Positions 34,115 to 48,000 of a stretch of DNA of 64,000 nt are shown piece by piece (position 1 is the stretch's first letter; each line of letters begins with the position of its first letter). The stretch comes from Sphyrna mokarran (lineage: Eukaryota), in the NCBI GenBank assembly GCA_024679065.1, contig JAGIQG010000009.1, positions 81,158,001 to 81,222,000 of the forward strand, given 5' to 3'. The notes beneath the pieces were generated by a model. The model searched no databases, was not told the DNA's origin, and worked only from the letters and a program-made list of their open reading frames with translations. A program made the position numbers and the translations under genes.

Positions 34115-37022
34115 TGTGATTTGTAAAACAGAGCGGCGTACGGGTCGGGTGGGGCATGGTTTGAAATGCGTATACTTTAATGCAAGGAGTATTCGCAATA
34201 AGGGGGAGGAACTTGCAGCTTGGACCAGTACCTGGACCTTCGATGTTGTGGCCATTTCAGAGACTTGGGTAGAGCAGGGACAGGAATGGATGATGCAGGT
34301 TCCAGGGTACAAATGCTTTAGCCGGAGTAGAGAAGGAGGTAGAAGAGGGGGAGAAGTGGCATTATTAGTCAAAGACTGTATCACAATGACAGAAAAGAAG
34401 TTTGATGAGGACTTGTCTGTTGAGGTAGTATGGGCTGAGATTAGAAACAGGAGAGGAGAGGTCACCCTGTTGGGAGTCTTTTACAGAACTCCTAATAGTT
34501 CTAGAGAGGTTGAGGAAAGGATTGCGAAGTCAATTCTGATTAGGAGTGAAAGTAGTAGGGTAATTGTGATGGGGGACTTTAACTTTGCTAATATTGATTG
34601 GAATAGCTATAGCTCTAGCTAGTTAGAGGGGTCAGTTTTCGTACAGAGTGTGCAGGAAGGTTTTTTGACTCAGGATGTAGATAGGCCAACTAGAGGTGAG
34701 GCTACATTGGATTTGGTGCTGGGCAATGAGCCAGACCAGGTGTTAGGCTTGGAAGTTAATGAACATTTTGATGATAGTGACCACAATTCGGTTAAGTTCA
34801 CCTTAGTGATGGATAGGGATAGGCATGAAGCTGGGGGCAGTAGTTATAGCTGGGGGAAGGGTAATTATGAGGCCATCAGGAGAGAATTAGGGTGCATAGA
34901 TTGGAATAGGAAACTACAGGGACTGGGAACATCTGGAATGTGGAGCTTATTCAAGGAGCAGCTGCTGCGAGTCCTTGATAAGTATGTCCCTGTCAGGCAA
35001 GGAGGAAATGGTCGAGTAAGGGAACCTTGGTGTACAAAAAAAGTTGATTCGCTGGTTAAAAGGAAAAAGGAGGCTTATGTCAGGATGAGGCTTGAAGGCT
35101 AAGTTAGTGCAATGGATAGCTATAGATTAGCCAGGAAGGAGCTAAAAAGTGAATTGAGGAGAGCTAAGAGGGGACACGAGAAGATGTTGGCTGATAGGAT
35201 TAAGGAGAATCCTAAAGCTTTCTTTCGATATGTGAAGAATAGAAGATTGGTTAGGGCAAGATTAGGGCCAGTCATAGACAGCAGTGGGAAGTTGTGCGTG
35301 GAGACTGAAGAGATTGGTGAGGCACTGAATAAATATTTCTCTTCGGTATTCACGCAGAGTGCTGGAAATGTAGCTGTGGAGAGCACTGAGGCACAGGGTT
35401 GCAAATTGGGGAGTATTGTAGTAGATAGGGAGGATGTGTTAGAAATTCTCGAGGGTTTGAAGGTGGATAAGTCCCCTGGGCCGGACGGGATTTACCCTAG
35501 GATTCTCTGGGAGGCAAGAGAGGAGATTGCAGAGCCTCTGGCTCTGATCTTCAGGTCCTCGTTGGTTATGGGTGTGGTTCCGGAGGACTGGAGGATAGCG
35601 AATGTGGTCCCATTGTTCAAGAAGGGAAAGAGAGACCTTCCAGGGAATTATAGGCCAGTGAGTCTTACTTCTGTTGTGGGCAAAGTATTGGAGAGAATTA
35701 TTAGGGATAGGATTTATAGTTATTTAGAGAGAAATGAATTGATTGTGGATAGTCAGCATGGTTTTGTGAAGGGTAGGTCGTGCCTTACTAACCTCACTGA
35801 GTTTTTTGAAAAAGTGACTAAAGAGGTGGATGGGGGTAAGGCGGTTGATGTGGTATATATGGACTTTAGTAAGGCGTTTGATAAGGTGCCCCATGGAAGA
35901 CTTCTGCAGAAAATGCAGATGTATGGGATAGAGGGTGATTTAGCTAATTGGGTTAGGAATTGGCTAGCAGATAGAAGACCGAGGGTGGTGGTTGATGGGA
36001 GATATTCATCTTGGAGTTCGGTGACAAGTGGTGTACCTCAGGGGTCTGTTTTGGGGCCCCTGCTGTTTGTAATTTTTATAAATGATCTGGATGAGGGTAT
36101 TAAGGGATGGATCAGTAAATTTGCAGATGACACTAAAGTCGGTGGAGTGGTAGATAGTGAAGAGGGGTGCTATAGTTTGCAGAGAGACTTGGACAAGTTG
36201 CAGAGCTGGGCCGAGAGGTGGCAAATGGAGTTTAATGTGGAAAAGTGTGAGGTAATTCACTTTGGCAGGAATAAGAAATGTGTAGAGTATGGGGCTAATG
36301 GTAGGACTCTCAATAGTGTTGATGAACAGAGGGATCTTGGTGTATATGTTAATAGATCCCTGAAAGTTGGCAATCAAGTCGATAAGGTTGTTAAGAAGAC
36401 ATATGGAGTCTTAGCTTTTATTGGTAGGGGGATTGAATTTCGGAGCCGCAACGTCATGTTGCAAATGTACAAAACTCTAGTGCGGCCGCACTTGGAGTAT
36501 TGTGTGCAGTTCTGGTCCCCGCATTATAAGAAAGATGTGGAGGCATTGGAGAGGGTACAGAGGAGGTTTACCAGGATGTTGCCTGGTATGGACGGCAGGT
36601 CTTATGAGGAGAGGCTGAGGGATTTGAGGTTGTTTTCGTTAGAAAGGATGAGGCTAAGAGGGGACCTGATCGAAACATATAAGATGATTAGAGGTTTAGA
36701 TAGGGTGGACAGTGATAGCCTTTTTCCTAGGATGGAGAAAGCTAGCACGAGGGGAAACAGCTTTAAATTAAGGGGTATGAGTTATAGGACGGATATCAGA
36801 GGTAGGTTCTTTACTCAAAGAGTGATTAGGGAGTGGAATGCCCTGCCTGCAGCTGTTGTAGATGCGCCAAGTTTGGTGGCGGTTAAGAGGTTAGTTGATA
36901 AGTATATGGAAGAGAAGGGAATGGTTTAGTTTGGAGGGGCATTGTTTTTTATTTTTGGTCGGCACAACATCGAAGGCCAAAGGGCCTGTTCTGTGCTGTA
37001 ATGTTCTATGTTCTATGTTCTA
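34115..37022 (+). mobile_element. CR1 LINE with near-complete ORF2 (APE endonuclease + RT), two in-frame stops; cluster-2-specific
   Basis: YFNARS, SETW, GDFN, LDL and SDH endonuclease motifs, then RT. ORFs 34116-34622, 34650-35102 and 35112-36929 share one frame. TTATTC TSD at 34109-34114 and 37023-37028; empty site at ~4138. Confidence 0.95.
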
Positions 37023-40000
37023 TTATTCCATCACCTCAGCACCATCTTCACCAGGGCAATTAGGGATGGGTGATAAATACTGGTCTGCAGAGAATCACAG
37101 GAAATAGGAACAGGAATAGGCCATTTGGCCCTTTGAGACTGTTCCACTATTCATCATGGTCATGGCTGATCATCCAATCAGTAGTCAGTTCCTGCCCTCT
37201 CCAACAAATCCTTTCATCCTATTCACCCCAAGAGATAAATCTAACTCCTTCTTGGAAATGTACAATATTTTGTCCTCAATTGCTTTCTGTGATAGTGAAT
37301 TCCACAGGTTTCCCCCTCTCTGGGTGAAGGAATTTCTCTTGATCTCAGTCCTAAAAGGTTTACCCCATATTCTCAGACTATGGTGCCTCAAACTGGACGC
37401 TGCCAGCATTTGGAACATACTTCCTGCATTTATCCTGACTGGTCCTATTGGAATTTTATAAGTTTATATGTGAACCTCTTCATTCTTCTGGACTGCAGTT
37501 GGGGCAGGTGCAGTGACGCAGTGGTTGGCACTGCTGCCTCACAGTGCCAGGGAGCCAGGTTCAATTTCCAACTTGGCTCACTGTCTGTGTGGAGTTTGCA
37601 CATTCTCCCCATGTCTGTGTGGATTTCCTCCCACAATCCAAAAGTTGTGCAGCTTAGGTGAATTGGCCAAGTTAAATTCTCCCTCAGAATACTTGAAGAG
37701 GTGTGGGAATGTGGCCACGTGGGAATTTTCACAGTGACTTCATTGCAGTGTGAATGTATGTCAACTTGTGGCTAATAAAAAAACTTTAAAAAAGTCTTAA
37801 CCAATGCAATCTCTCTTCCTACATCAAATCCACTATTGCATAAATCATTCCAACAAACATTTGCTGCAATTCTTCTATCGCAAAAACACCTTTCTCAGAT
37901 AAGGAGATAAAACTGTACACATTATTCCCAGTGTCATCTCACCAAGGCCCTGTACAACTGCAGAAAGACAGAATTACAAGGGACAGGGATAGGGGAGATA
38001 TGAGGAAACTTTTCCCCTTAATCACAGAGGCAGCAGATTCTGAGGGAATTGAGGGAAATCTTTTCGCCCAGAGGGTGCTGGGAATCTGGAACTCACTGCC
38101 TGAAAGGATGGTGGAGGTGGGAACCTTCACAACATTTAAGAAGCATTTAGATGAGCACTTGAAATTCCAAAGCAAACAAAGCAACGGACCAAATGCTGGA
38201 AAATGGGATTCGAATCGATAGATGCTTAATGGCCGGCACAGACATGGACAATAGAATCTCTAAAGTGCAGACGGAGACCATTCAGCCCATCGAGTCTGCA
38301 TCAACTCTTACCCCATAAACCCCATGTATTTACCTCACTATTCCCCCTAACCTGTTCAAATTTTATAAGTCTCCATGAATTGTTTCCTCATTCCTCTGAA
38401 CTCCAATGAATATAAGTCTTAACCACTTAATCTCTCCTCATACATCAGTCCCATTATAACAGGAATCAGTCTGGGATACCTTCTCTGCACTCCCTGTAGA
38501 GCAAAAATATCTTTCCTGAGACAGGGAGACAAAACTGTGCACAATATTCCCAGTGCTGTCTCACCAAAGCCCTGTATAACTGCAGCAGTCAGAATTATGA
38601 AGACACAGAGCAGATATGAAGGAATTTTTCCCCTGTTAGCAGTAGATTCAAAAACCAGGGAGCATAAATTTAATTTCAGAAGCAGAAGATTTTGAAGAAT
38701 TGGAGGAAAAACCTTTTCACTCAGAGAGTGTTGGGAATCTGGAACTCACTGCCTGGAAGGGTGGTGGAGGCAGGAACCCTCACAACATTTCAAAGAACAA
38801 AGTACAAGAAACAAAACAGCACGGGAAACAGGCTCTTCGGTCCAACGAGCCAATGCTGCCAGCCTGATGTTCCCACCTCTACCCGTGATCCCTGTCTATG
38901 TTTATAGATCTATGAATTAAAAACCAAATTTGAGACAATTTTGGGAGAATTTGTTTTGCCAATTAGCCGAAGAGCACATCGTTGGGATGTGGGAGGAAAC
39001 CGGAGCACCCGGAGAAAACCCATGCAAGCGGGGAGAATGCGCAAACTCCCACAGACACAGGCCCAAATCGATATATCTGCACAGCACAGCGATAGTCACT
39101 GAGTTGTCGTGTTGCCCATCAAGTGGTCCAGATCAAGCGTACACTAACGACGTGAAGCACTAGGATACTCTCGAAAAAAAATCCAAGAGCAGCCCTCTTA
39201 CGACCCATCACGTGTATGCCCCTCGTTAGACAACAAGGTGGACCAAAGCACCTGTAGGATAAAAACCCATGCTTTGCCAAGTGAAAAATAATTCCATCCT
39301 TGACAATGGCCTCCTGAGGTTTTCCTGCCTTTCAGAAACATTGAGATGAGAATTTGAAATTCCAAAGCATACAAGGCTACGGATCAAGTGCTGGAAAATG
39401 TGATTAGAATAGTTAGGAGCTTGATGGCCAGCAGAGACAGGATGGGCTGAAGGGGTTCTTTCTGTGCTGTAAATTTCTATGGCATTCTGACTGAGCTAAA
39501 ATGGCCGAGAATGTAACATTACCATTTTCTGGAAAATTCTGATGTGCATAGAACATAGAACATTACAGCGCAGTACAGGCCCTTGATATTGTGTTGACCA
39601 GTGTAACCAATGTAATGACTCTCTAACCTAAACTATTCTAATATTACTCATTTGCCTATCCAATGACCATTTAAATGCCCTTAAAGTTGGCGAATCCACA
39701 ACTGCTGCAGGCAGAACATTCCACGCCTTTATTGCCCTCTGAGTAATTGCAAAAATCTGCAGGTTAGATGGAGTGGCCATGCTAAATTGCTCGTAGTGTG
39801 TTCTTTAGGTGGGTTAGCAATGGTGAATGTGCAGGGTTACAGGGAGCCTGGGTAAGAAGCTCTTTTGGAGAATTGGGTGAAAAGATTTCCCTCACGTCTC
39901 TCAAAATCTGCTGCCTCGGTGATTAACAGGAAAAGTTTCCTCGTATCTCCCCTATCTCTGTCTCTTGTAATTCTGTCGATGGACTGAATATCCTCCTCCT

Positions 40001-40831
40001 GCACTGTCGGGATTCAATGGCTAATAAAAAAACTACACAGACTGTGTAAGATTTCCACCGTGAAGGGATCCATTTTAAATGATCCCTGTTGTGACCAATC
40101 GAGGGCGGGATTCCAGCTGATTATTCCTCACCCAGAGGAAAACAAAACTGGGATCCTGTTGAGGAAGTTAACAAATGAGGCACCCTGTCTGAGGACTGGT
40201 CACAACATGTACACAGCAAGATCCTACACACAGCAATGAGAACAATCAGCATTTCCAGTGATGTTGGATCCGGGATAAATATCGGATTGAACTCATCCCA
40301 AAGAGAAAGTAACAAAAGCCTGGAGCACTGAAGCCACTGGATTGTGAGCCCTGCTGTGGCTGTTTGTCATCAGAACTTCAGCAAGAGATATGCAGGGAGT
40401 GGAGAGAGCAGAGTGAAAGCTGGGGCAGGTGGCACCTCGGTGTCTCACTGTGCTGCTGCTGTGATCAGTGATATCAGAGAGTGAGACAGAGAGTTCAACT
40501 TCACATCAAACTCTGCCTGTGTGTGTCACACTGAGACCGACAGGAGTCTAGAGAGTGATTTCACTCCATGCTGCAGGAATGTGAACACAGTCTGCAAACG
40601 TCCAGATCTCCTCCACACGGTGGGTAAAAGCCGCTTACCGAAATCTTGCTGTTTAAAGGGGGGATTGGAAGGAAAGAAATACAGCTGGACTCCCTGTTCT
40701 ACACAATGTTCTTCAATCAACCATTTCATTGACTGTAACTTCCACACTAACACCTTCAACTATTCAGTATTTGTGTTTGAGAAAGGTTCAGCATTGAAAG
40801 GGTTAATAACGGAGGATTGGGCTTTACTTAC

Positions 40832-40866
40832 TCAGTCTGAGTTTGGTTCCTTTAGCAAACGTAAGA
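40832..40866 (-). CDS. IGKJ: Ig light chain J segment, cluster 2 (LTFAKGTKLRL)
   Basis: Orthologous to J1 with intact donor; FGKG changed to FAKG. Confidence 0.95.
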
Positions 40867-40905
40867 CACACTGACAGCTTCCAGTGCAGGAGCTGTGCAA
40901 AAACC
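40867..40905 (+). other. 23-RSS of J, cluster 2
   Basis: CACACTG + 23 bp + GCAAAAACC. Confidence 0.93.
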
Positions 40906-41131
40906 TCTATCTCTGACTCACTCACTCACTCATCTCTTTCTCTCTCACTCTTTCTCTCTCCCTGTTTCTCTCTCTCTGTTTCTCTCTCTCTGTTACTCTC
41001 AATATCCCTGTGTTTTATTGGGAGTGTTGAGGATTCTAATTTGAGATGAGAAATCTTTCAGCTGCTCTTCACATGTGAACATGGAGAATAAGGGAGAAAC
41101 ACGAGGCCTTCAGCGAGCGGTGGCTACCACA

Positions 41132-41442
41132 GTGTGTCCATTATTATATATTATACAAAACAGTGGGATGTGTCAGTACAGGAGGTGGGACTGTGTGTCC
41201 ATTATTATATATTATATAAAACAGTGGGATGTGTCAGTACAGGAGGTGGGACTGCATATCCATTATTATATATTATATAAAACTGTGGGATGTTTCAGTA
41301 CAGGAGGTGAGACTGTGTGTCCATTATTATATGTTATATAAAACTGTGGGATGTGTCAGTACAGGAGGTGGGACTGTGTGTCCAATATTCTATAGTATAT
41401 AAAACTGTGGGATGTTTCAGTACAGGAGGTGGTGCTGTGTGT
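41132..41442. repeat. 61-bp minisatellite (~5 diverged copies) in V-J interval, cluster 2
   Basis: Same unit as 11111-12600. Confidence 0.95.
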
Positions 41443-41447
41443 GTTGG

Positions 41448-41475
41448 GGTTTTTGTAAGGCTCTGTATCACTGTG
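41448..41475 (-). other. 12-RSS of V, cluster 2
   Basis: Perfect CACAGTG-12-ACAAAAACC, identical to cluster 1. Confidence 0.98.
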
Positions 41476-41773
41476 TAGGGAGCGCTGTTACTTTGCTGAC
41501 AGTAATAATCAGCGACATCCTCATTCTGAACATTGCTGATTGTCAGGGTGAATCTTGTCCCAGATCCACTGCCGCTGAATCGGTCGGATACTCCTGATGC
41601 AGTACTTGATGCATCATAGATCAGCAGAGCCGGTTTCTGTCCTTCTCGCTGTTGATACCATTGCACATAGCTGCTAACAGATTGACTGGCCGTACAGGTG
41701 ATGGTGGCGGTCTGGCCCAGGCTCACTGACAGCACCGGGGGAGTCTGGGTCATGATGATCTCTCCATTGATAC
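41476..41773 (-). CDS. IGKV: Ig kappa-type V exon, cluster 2
   Basis: [99 protein letters not shown]. Confidence 0.97.
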
Positions 41774-41959
41774 CTGAGGGGTAATAGAGAAACAGAGTGA
41801 AGTCAGAACTGTCACAGAAAGAGGCTGTACAATGAGGTATTGTTGGAGACACTGACTGTTCCTCTCCTTTCAACATTTTCCCTTCAATCACAAGTCAGGA
41901 GAATTGGATTGAAATAGAGAGCAGGAAAATATTGAAGGTGGAAAGAGAGAGATTAGTAC

Positions 41960-42008
41960 CTGCGATGCAGAATGCCAGAGGCCAGAGCAGCTGGATGACT
42001 GAAATCAT
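41960..42008 (-). CDS. IGKV: Leader exon of V, cluster 2: MISVIQLLWPLAFCIAG
   Basis: 49-nt exon with ATG and GT donor. Confidence 0.92.
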
Positions 42009-42068
42009 GGTGTGTGCTCGTGTCCCTGTGCCTGGTTACTGATAAACTCTCCCTTCACTGGGCTCTTC

Positions 42069-42165
42069 TTTATAAAGCTGCAGCCTGTGAGAGTCTCACT
42101 GCCTGTTCCTCAGTTTGTCAATGGTCTGACCCAGACAAACCACGTCAGCACCTTTCACTTCCTCT
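42069..42165 (-). promoter_or_regulatory. V promoter, cluster 2: TATA 42069-42076, TGACGTGG 42140-42147, GGAAGTGAAA 42153-42162
   Basis: Same motifs and spacing as cluster 1. Confidence 0.65.
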
Positions 42166-44557
42166 TCTTCTCTCTCTGTCCCTCAGAAACTTTCCCTCAG
42201 AATCTATCCCTCAGACTCTGTCCCTCACTCTTTTGAGATCTCTCTCAGTTGCCGTTTGTCTCTCTTTCTCTATCTCTCTCTCTCTCTATATTTGTCTCTC
42301 TCTCTCTCATTCTCAGTCTTTCTCTCTCGATATCTGTCCCTCAGTCTCTGTCTCCCTCACTCTATCACTCCCTCAATTGCTGTCTCTTTCAATCTCTGAG
42401 TAACTCTTCATTTGTCTCTCTTTCTATCCACCACACTCTTGCTGTCTCACTTTTTTGTCCTTCCTGTCTCACACTCTTTGTTTACCCTCTCAATGAGTCT
42501 TTCTTTCTCTCTTCTCATTCTCCCTCCCTCTATTCCTCTCAGTTCCTCCCTCACTTTATCTCATAAAGTTATAGAGTCCGAGAGGTTTACAGCAAAGAAA
42601 CAGGCCCTTCAGCCCAACATGTCCAGGCTGGCACTTTTTTTAAACCCGTAACCATAATTGCCCACGTTTGGCCCATATCCCTCTATACCCATCTTACCCA
42701 TGGAACTGTCTAAATGCATTTTAAAAGACAAAATTGTACCTGTCTCTATTACTATCTCTGGCAGGTTGTTCCAGACACTCACCACCCTCAGTGTGAAAAA
42801 ATTGCCCTTTTGTGCAGTTTTGTATCTCTCCCCTGTCTTCTTAAACTTATGTCCTCTAGTTACTCTGCTACTTTTGGGAAAAGATATTGAATATCTGGCT
42901 GATCTATGCCCCTCTTTATTTTATAGACGTCTGTAAGATCACCCCTCAGCCTTCTATGCTCCAGAGAAAAAATTCCAGCCTCTCCTTATAACCTAAACCA
43001 TCAAGTCCCGGTACTATCCGAGATAAATCTTTTCAGCACTCATTCTAATTTAATAAAATCCTTTCTATAACAGGGTGACCAAAACTATATACAGTATTCA
43101 AAGTGTGGCCTTACTAATGTCTTCTATAAGTTCAATAAAATGTCTCGATTTCAGTATTCAATGTTCTAACCAATGAAACCAAGCATGCCGAGTACCTTCT
43201 TCACCACTCTGTCCACCTGTGACTCCATTTTCAAGGAGCTATGAACATTTTTCGATTTTTTTGTTCTGTTAATCTCCTCAATGCCCAAACATTAACTGAG
43301 TAAGTCCTGCCCCTGTTCACTCTACCAAAATATATCATCTCGCATTTATCTAAATTAAACACCAGTTGTCATTCGTCAGCCCACTGGCCCAATTCAGGTT
43401 GCAATTGGAGATAACTTTCTGCATGGTCCACTATGCCACCAATCTTGGTGTCATCTGTAAAACGACTAACCATATCTTCTATATTCTCATCCAAATCATT
43501 GATATAAATGACAAATAACAATGGACCCTTCATCGATCCCTGTGGCACATCACTCATTCTCTTTGTTCCTCTGTACTCACATCTCACTCTGTCCCAGAAG
43601 AGGCAGCATCCTCCTGGGATCCACTCTGTCAGTCCCCTCACAATCTGATATGTTTCAATAAGATCACCTCTCATTCTTCTAAACTCCAATGGGTTCAGGC
43701 CCCATCTTTCCAACTTTTCTTCAAATGATAACCCCTCAACCCAGAAATGTGTTGTGTGAATCTTCTCTAAAGTGCTTCTAACACAATGAAATCCTTTTTC
43801 AAATAAGGAGAGCTAAACTGTACACAGTATTCCAGATGTGGTCTCACTGAGACCCTGTACAACTGCAATAAAATTCCCTATTTTTATATTCCATTCTCCT
43901 TGTAATAAACACCAACAGTCCATTTGTCTTCCAAATCACTTGCTGTAGCTGCAGACTAACTTGTTGTGATTCATGTCCCAGGACAGCCAGATCCCTCTGT
44001 AGCACCGAGTTGTGCAATCTCTCTCCATTTCTATAGTTTACTGCTTTTCTATTCTTCCCGTTAAAATGGACACCTTCACATATACACAGGTTGAACTCCA
44101 CATGTTTAGCCACTCATTTCTCCTGCCTCTACCCTTTATAGATTCTCTACCTCATCTTGATAACTTACTTTTCCCACCTATCTCAGTGTCATTGGAACAT
44201 TAGTTTAAGTCATTCCCTTCATCCAAGTTATTGATATGGATTGTGAATAGTTGTGGTCCCAGTACTAACTGTTCCAGACTTCCACTAATCACAGCTTCCC
44301 AACCCCAAATCAATCATTTATCCCTCTCTCTCATTTTTGTGAGCTAACCAATCCTCTATCTTTGCTAATATGTTACTCACACACCATCATATCTTGTGTA
44401 GTAACATTTGATGTGGTAATTTATCAAATACCTTTTCGAATTCCCTATACATCATGGCTATAAGTTCCCCTTTATCCATTTTGTGACCTCCACAAAGAAG
44501 ACAATGACATTTGTATAACAGAAAGAAACTGCTCCACATCGACCATGATGTCCATGT

Positions 44558-44706
44558 CCCACTGGAGCCTCCAATAGGGTCCAGTAAACATGGGCCTCCT
44601 TCCCACTGGAGCCTCCAATAGGATCCAGTAAACATGGGCCTCCTTCCCACTGGAGCCTCCAATAGGGACCTGTAAACATGGGCCTCCTTCCCACTGGAGT
44701 CTCCAG
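44558..44706. repeat. 44-bp minisatellite (~3 copies)
   Basis: Same unit as 15672-16440. Confidence 0.93.
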
Positions 44707-44954
44707 CAGCTGAACTTCAAACTCCACATCCTCTCCATCACGTTGACCTTTTATTTCCACAGCATTGTCCGTCTCGACACTACATCATTCCCTCATGTAG
44801 AGTAACCCTTATCCCTGCATGTCCCACCTACTCACTCTGTTATTCCAATATCCCCTCCCAGCTCCCCTCATCCACACTCCATAAACCTCATCTTGTCCCA
44901 AATGCAGTAGATCCAGAGTCTATCTCAGACCAAGTGTCGTTCCAACACCACCCC

Positions 44955-45058
44955 CACCTCACTGATCTATCATCCCTGACCTCACTGATCTATCACCCGT
45001 GATCTCAGTGATCAATCACTCCTGAGCTCATTTATCTTTCACCCCTGACCTCACTGCC
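44955..45058. repeat. Degenerate ~23-bp tandem repeat (~4 copies)
   Basis: cctcactgatctatcacccctga-like unit. Confidence 0.7.
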
Positions 45059-48000
45059 CTCTAATTCTCTCCATGGCCTCACTCCCCCCTATCATGCTCC
45101 AGATTCACATTTCTCCCTCACCTTCCATCTACCGACTCTGCTCCCTGGCCCATCACTGCTTCCTTCATCCCACCATTGACAGCAGAGTCTTGAAACACCC
45201 AGGCCTTGCTCTCTGTCTTCCCACCCTTCATCCGTCCCTCTCTTGAAATCTTTCTCCTCATCAAACTCCATTCTTTCACCCAAGCCTTTGATCTCTCTTC
45301 CGAAACTACCCCCAGCCACTCCTCCATTCCTCTTATGCTGCTCTGTGAAACATAATGGGTTTTGTTATATACTAAGGTGCTATATAAATTCAGGTTCTGT
45401 GTAGATTTTGATTGGGGACAGTGGTGAAGGCTTTTGCAGTCAAATATCCTGCTGACAGGATCCAGACTTCAACACACAGAATGGGACATTGTGTAAAGTA
45501 GGAATTATTAAAAATGTATTCATTGACGGGATGTGGGTGTCACTGGCTGTCCCAACATTTATTGCCCATCCCTAATTGTCCTTGAGAAGGTGGTGATGAA
45601 CTGCCTTCTTGAAATGCTGCAGTCCATGAGGTGTACACACACCCACAGTACTGTTAGGGAGGGATTTCCAGGATTCTGACCCAGTGACAGTGCATGAACA
45701 GAGATGTATTTCCATTTCAGAATGGCATGTGGCTTGGAGGGGAATGTCCTGGTGATGTTGATCCCAGGGATCTGCTACACTTGTCTTTCCAGATGATAGT
45801 GGTCATGGGTTTCAAAGGTGCTGCCACAGGAACCTTGGTGAGTTCATGCAAGGCATCTTATAGATGGCACACACTGCTGCCACTGTTCGACAGCGGTGGA
45901 GGGATTTAATGTTTGTGAATGGGGTGCCAATCAAGTGGTGCTGCTTTGTTCTGGATGATGTTGAGCTTTTTGAGTGTTGCTGGAGCTCTACTCATCCAGA
46001 CAAGTGGAGAGTATTTCATCACACTCCAGACCTGTGCCTTGTAGATGGTGGAGAGGCTTTGGAGAGTCAGGATGTGAGTTACTCGCTGCAGGATTCCTAT
46101 CCACTGACCTTCTCTTGTAGCCACTCTATTTATGGGCTGGTCCAGTTCAGTTTCTGGTCAATCACAACCAACAGGATTTTACAGTGGGGGATTCAGCGAT
46201 GGTAATGACATTGAATGTCAAGGGGAGATGTTAAAATTCTCTCATGTTGGGGATGGTGATTCCGTGGTACTGATGTGGCATGAATGTTACTGCTTCAATA
46301 TCTGAGGAGTTGTGAATGGTGCTGAGCATTGTGCAATCATCAGTGAACATCCCCACTTCTGAAGGTCATTACTGAAGCAGCTGAAGATGGTTGTGTCTCA
46401 GACACGACCCTGAGGATCTCCTGCAGTGATGTCCCAGGATAACTCCCTCCTGACTGTATCCCACTGTGCCTTCTGTGCTGGGAGATTGGAGGTAGTGAAC
46501 ACGGTTCACCATTTTCTCCCGTCTCAGTAACAAACATCCAGCTGCTCTGAGCTCCTTCTTTCACTTCCTCTGTCGGTTACGTTTCAATCTTCCGATCTGA
46601 CAGTCTTTGCAGTTATTTTTGACACTGGGGATTTGTGCTGTGGTCTGAATCTCTAACAATAACTATCCAATCAGTGAAAAGAACAACAGCTCAGAGCAGT
46701 CAGGACTGAGGAGCCAGGCTCACTGGGAAACACATTGGGAAGATCAAAGACATGGTCTTCAGCTCCCGATACAAACTCCATCCCTCCCGCTGAGCACTGT
46801 CTGCTGCTCAACCACACTCTCTGCAACATTGGCCTCAACTTGGACCCTGATCTGACTCCCCACAAAGTTTACTCTGCTCGCTCTTTCCTTGGTCCAAACT
46901 GGATGTTTTCACACTCTCCACATTGAATTCCATCTGCCTTTGTCTTCAAACCCCATCACAAACTCTGTTCCCTCAACACTGATTCCATCCCTTCCCCTTT
47001 GAAGTGTCTGACACTGAACCACACAGTCCACAGCCATGGTGTCCTATTTGACCCTGAGATGACTTTCCCACCACATCATCCACTCCATCACTAAGAACAC
47101 CTATTTCCACCTCGGCAACACCTCTCGAGTGCTCCTGCCTCACATCATCTTCTGCTAAAAATCTCATTCGTATCTTTGTTACCCTCTGAATATTACTATT
47201 CCAATGCTGTCCTGGTCAACCTCACACCTACCACCCTCTGTAATCATCAGCTCATCCAGAACTCTGCTTCCTGGATCTGAACTCACACCAAATCCTGTTC
47301 ACCCGTCACTCTCTGTTCTCACTGACCTACACTGACCCCCGGTCCAGCAATGCCCTGATTTTAACATTCTCATTCTGCCTCTCAAATCTCTCCCTATCCT
47401 GCACCCTCCCTATCTCTGTAACCTCCTCCAAGCTGCCTCATTTAGTGTACTCAGTAATCTTGGATATCTGACTCTATTTTTTCGTCCAAGTCATTGACAA
47501 ATATAGTGAAAAACTGTGGCTTCAGCACAGATCCCTGGAGACATCACTATTCACAGCTTGCTGATTGGAAAACACCCACACTATCCCTACTCTCTGTCTC
47601 CTGTCTCCGAACCACTTCCTTATTCGTGGCAAAAGCGTTCTTCAAATTCCACATGCTTCCATTTTTATTCACAGCCTCTCATGTGCAACTTTCCCAAATA
47701 TCTTCTGGAAATACAAAGAAATAGCATCCAGAACAATTTTCACCAGCTTAGTTGAACATGTCTCACTGTTTTAAAATTCGTGTTGACTCTTTCTGACCAG
47801 TTCCTGTTTCTCATTCATTCTGTCTCTAATAAAACATTTCAGTCAGTTTCTCACAACACACATTAAACTGAGCTGTTAGCTGTGAATGACTCTAGTAAAA
47901 CAGCTAATACAGACATGAGGGGCTGAATGGTCTCCTCCTGTGTTTTAGATCTATCTGACTCCTTGACTGAAACATCTGGATTGGAACAGGAGATGGGCTG

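Noticed and set aside
41128-41163. CACAGTG...ACAAAACAG pseudo-RSS in the cluster 2 V-J interval
   Set aside because: Spacer is 20 bp, nonamer matches 6/9, absent in cluster 1, and no D- or J-like segment is adjacent.
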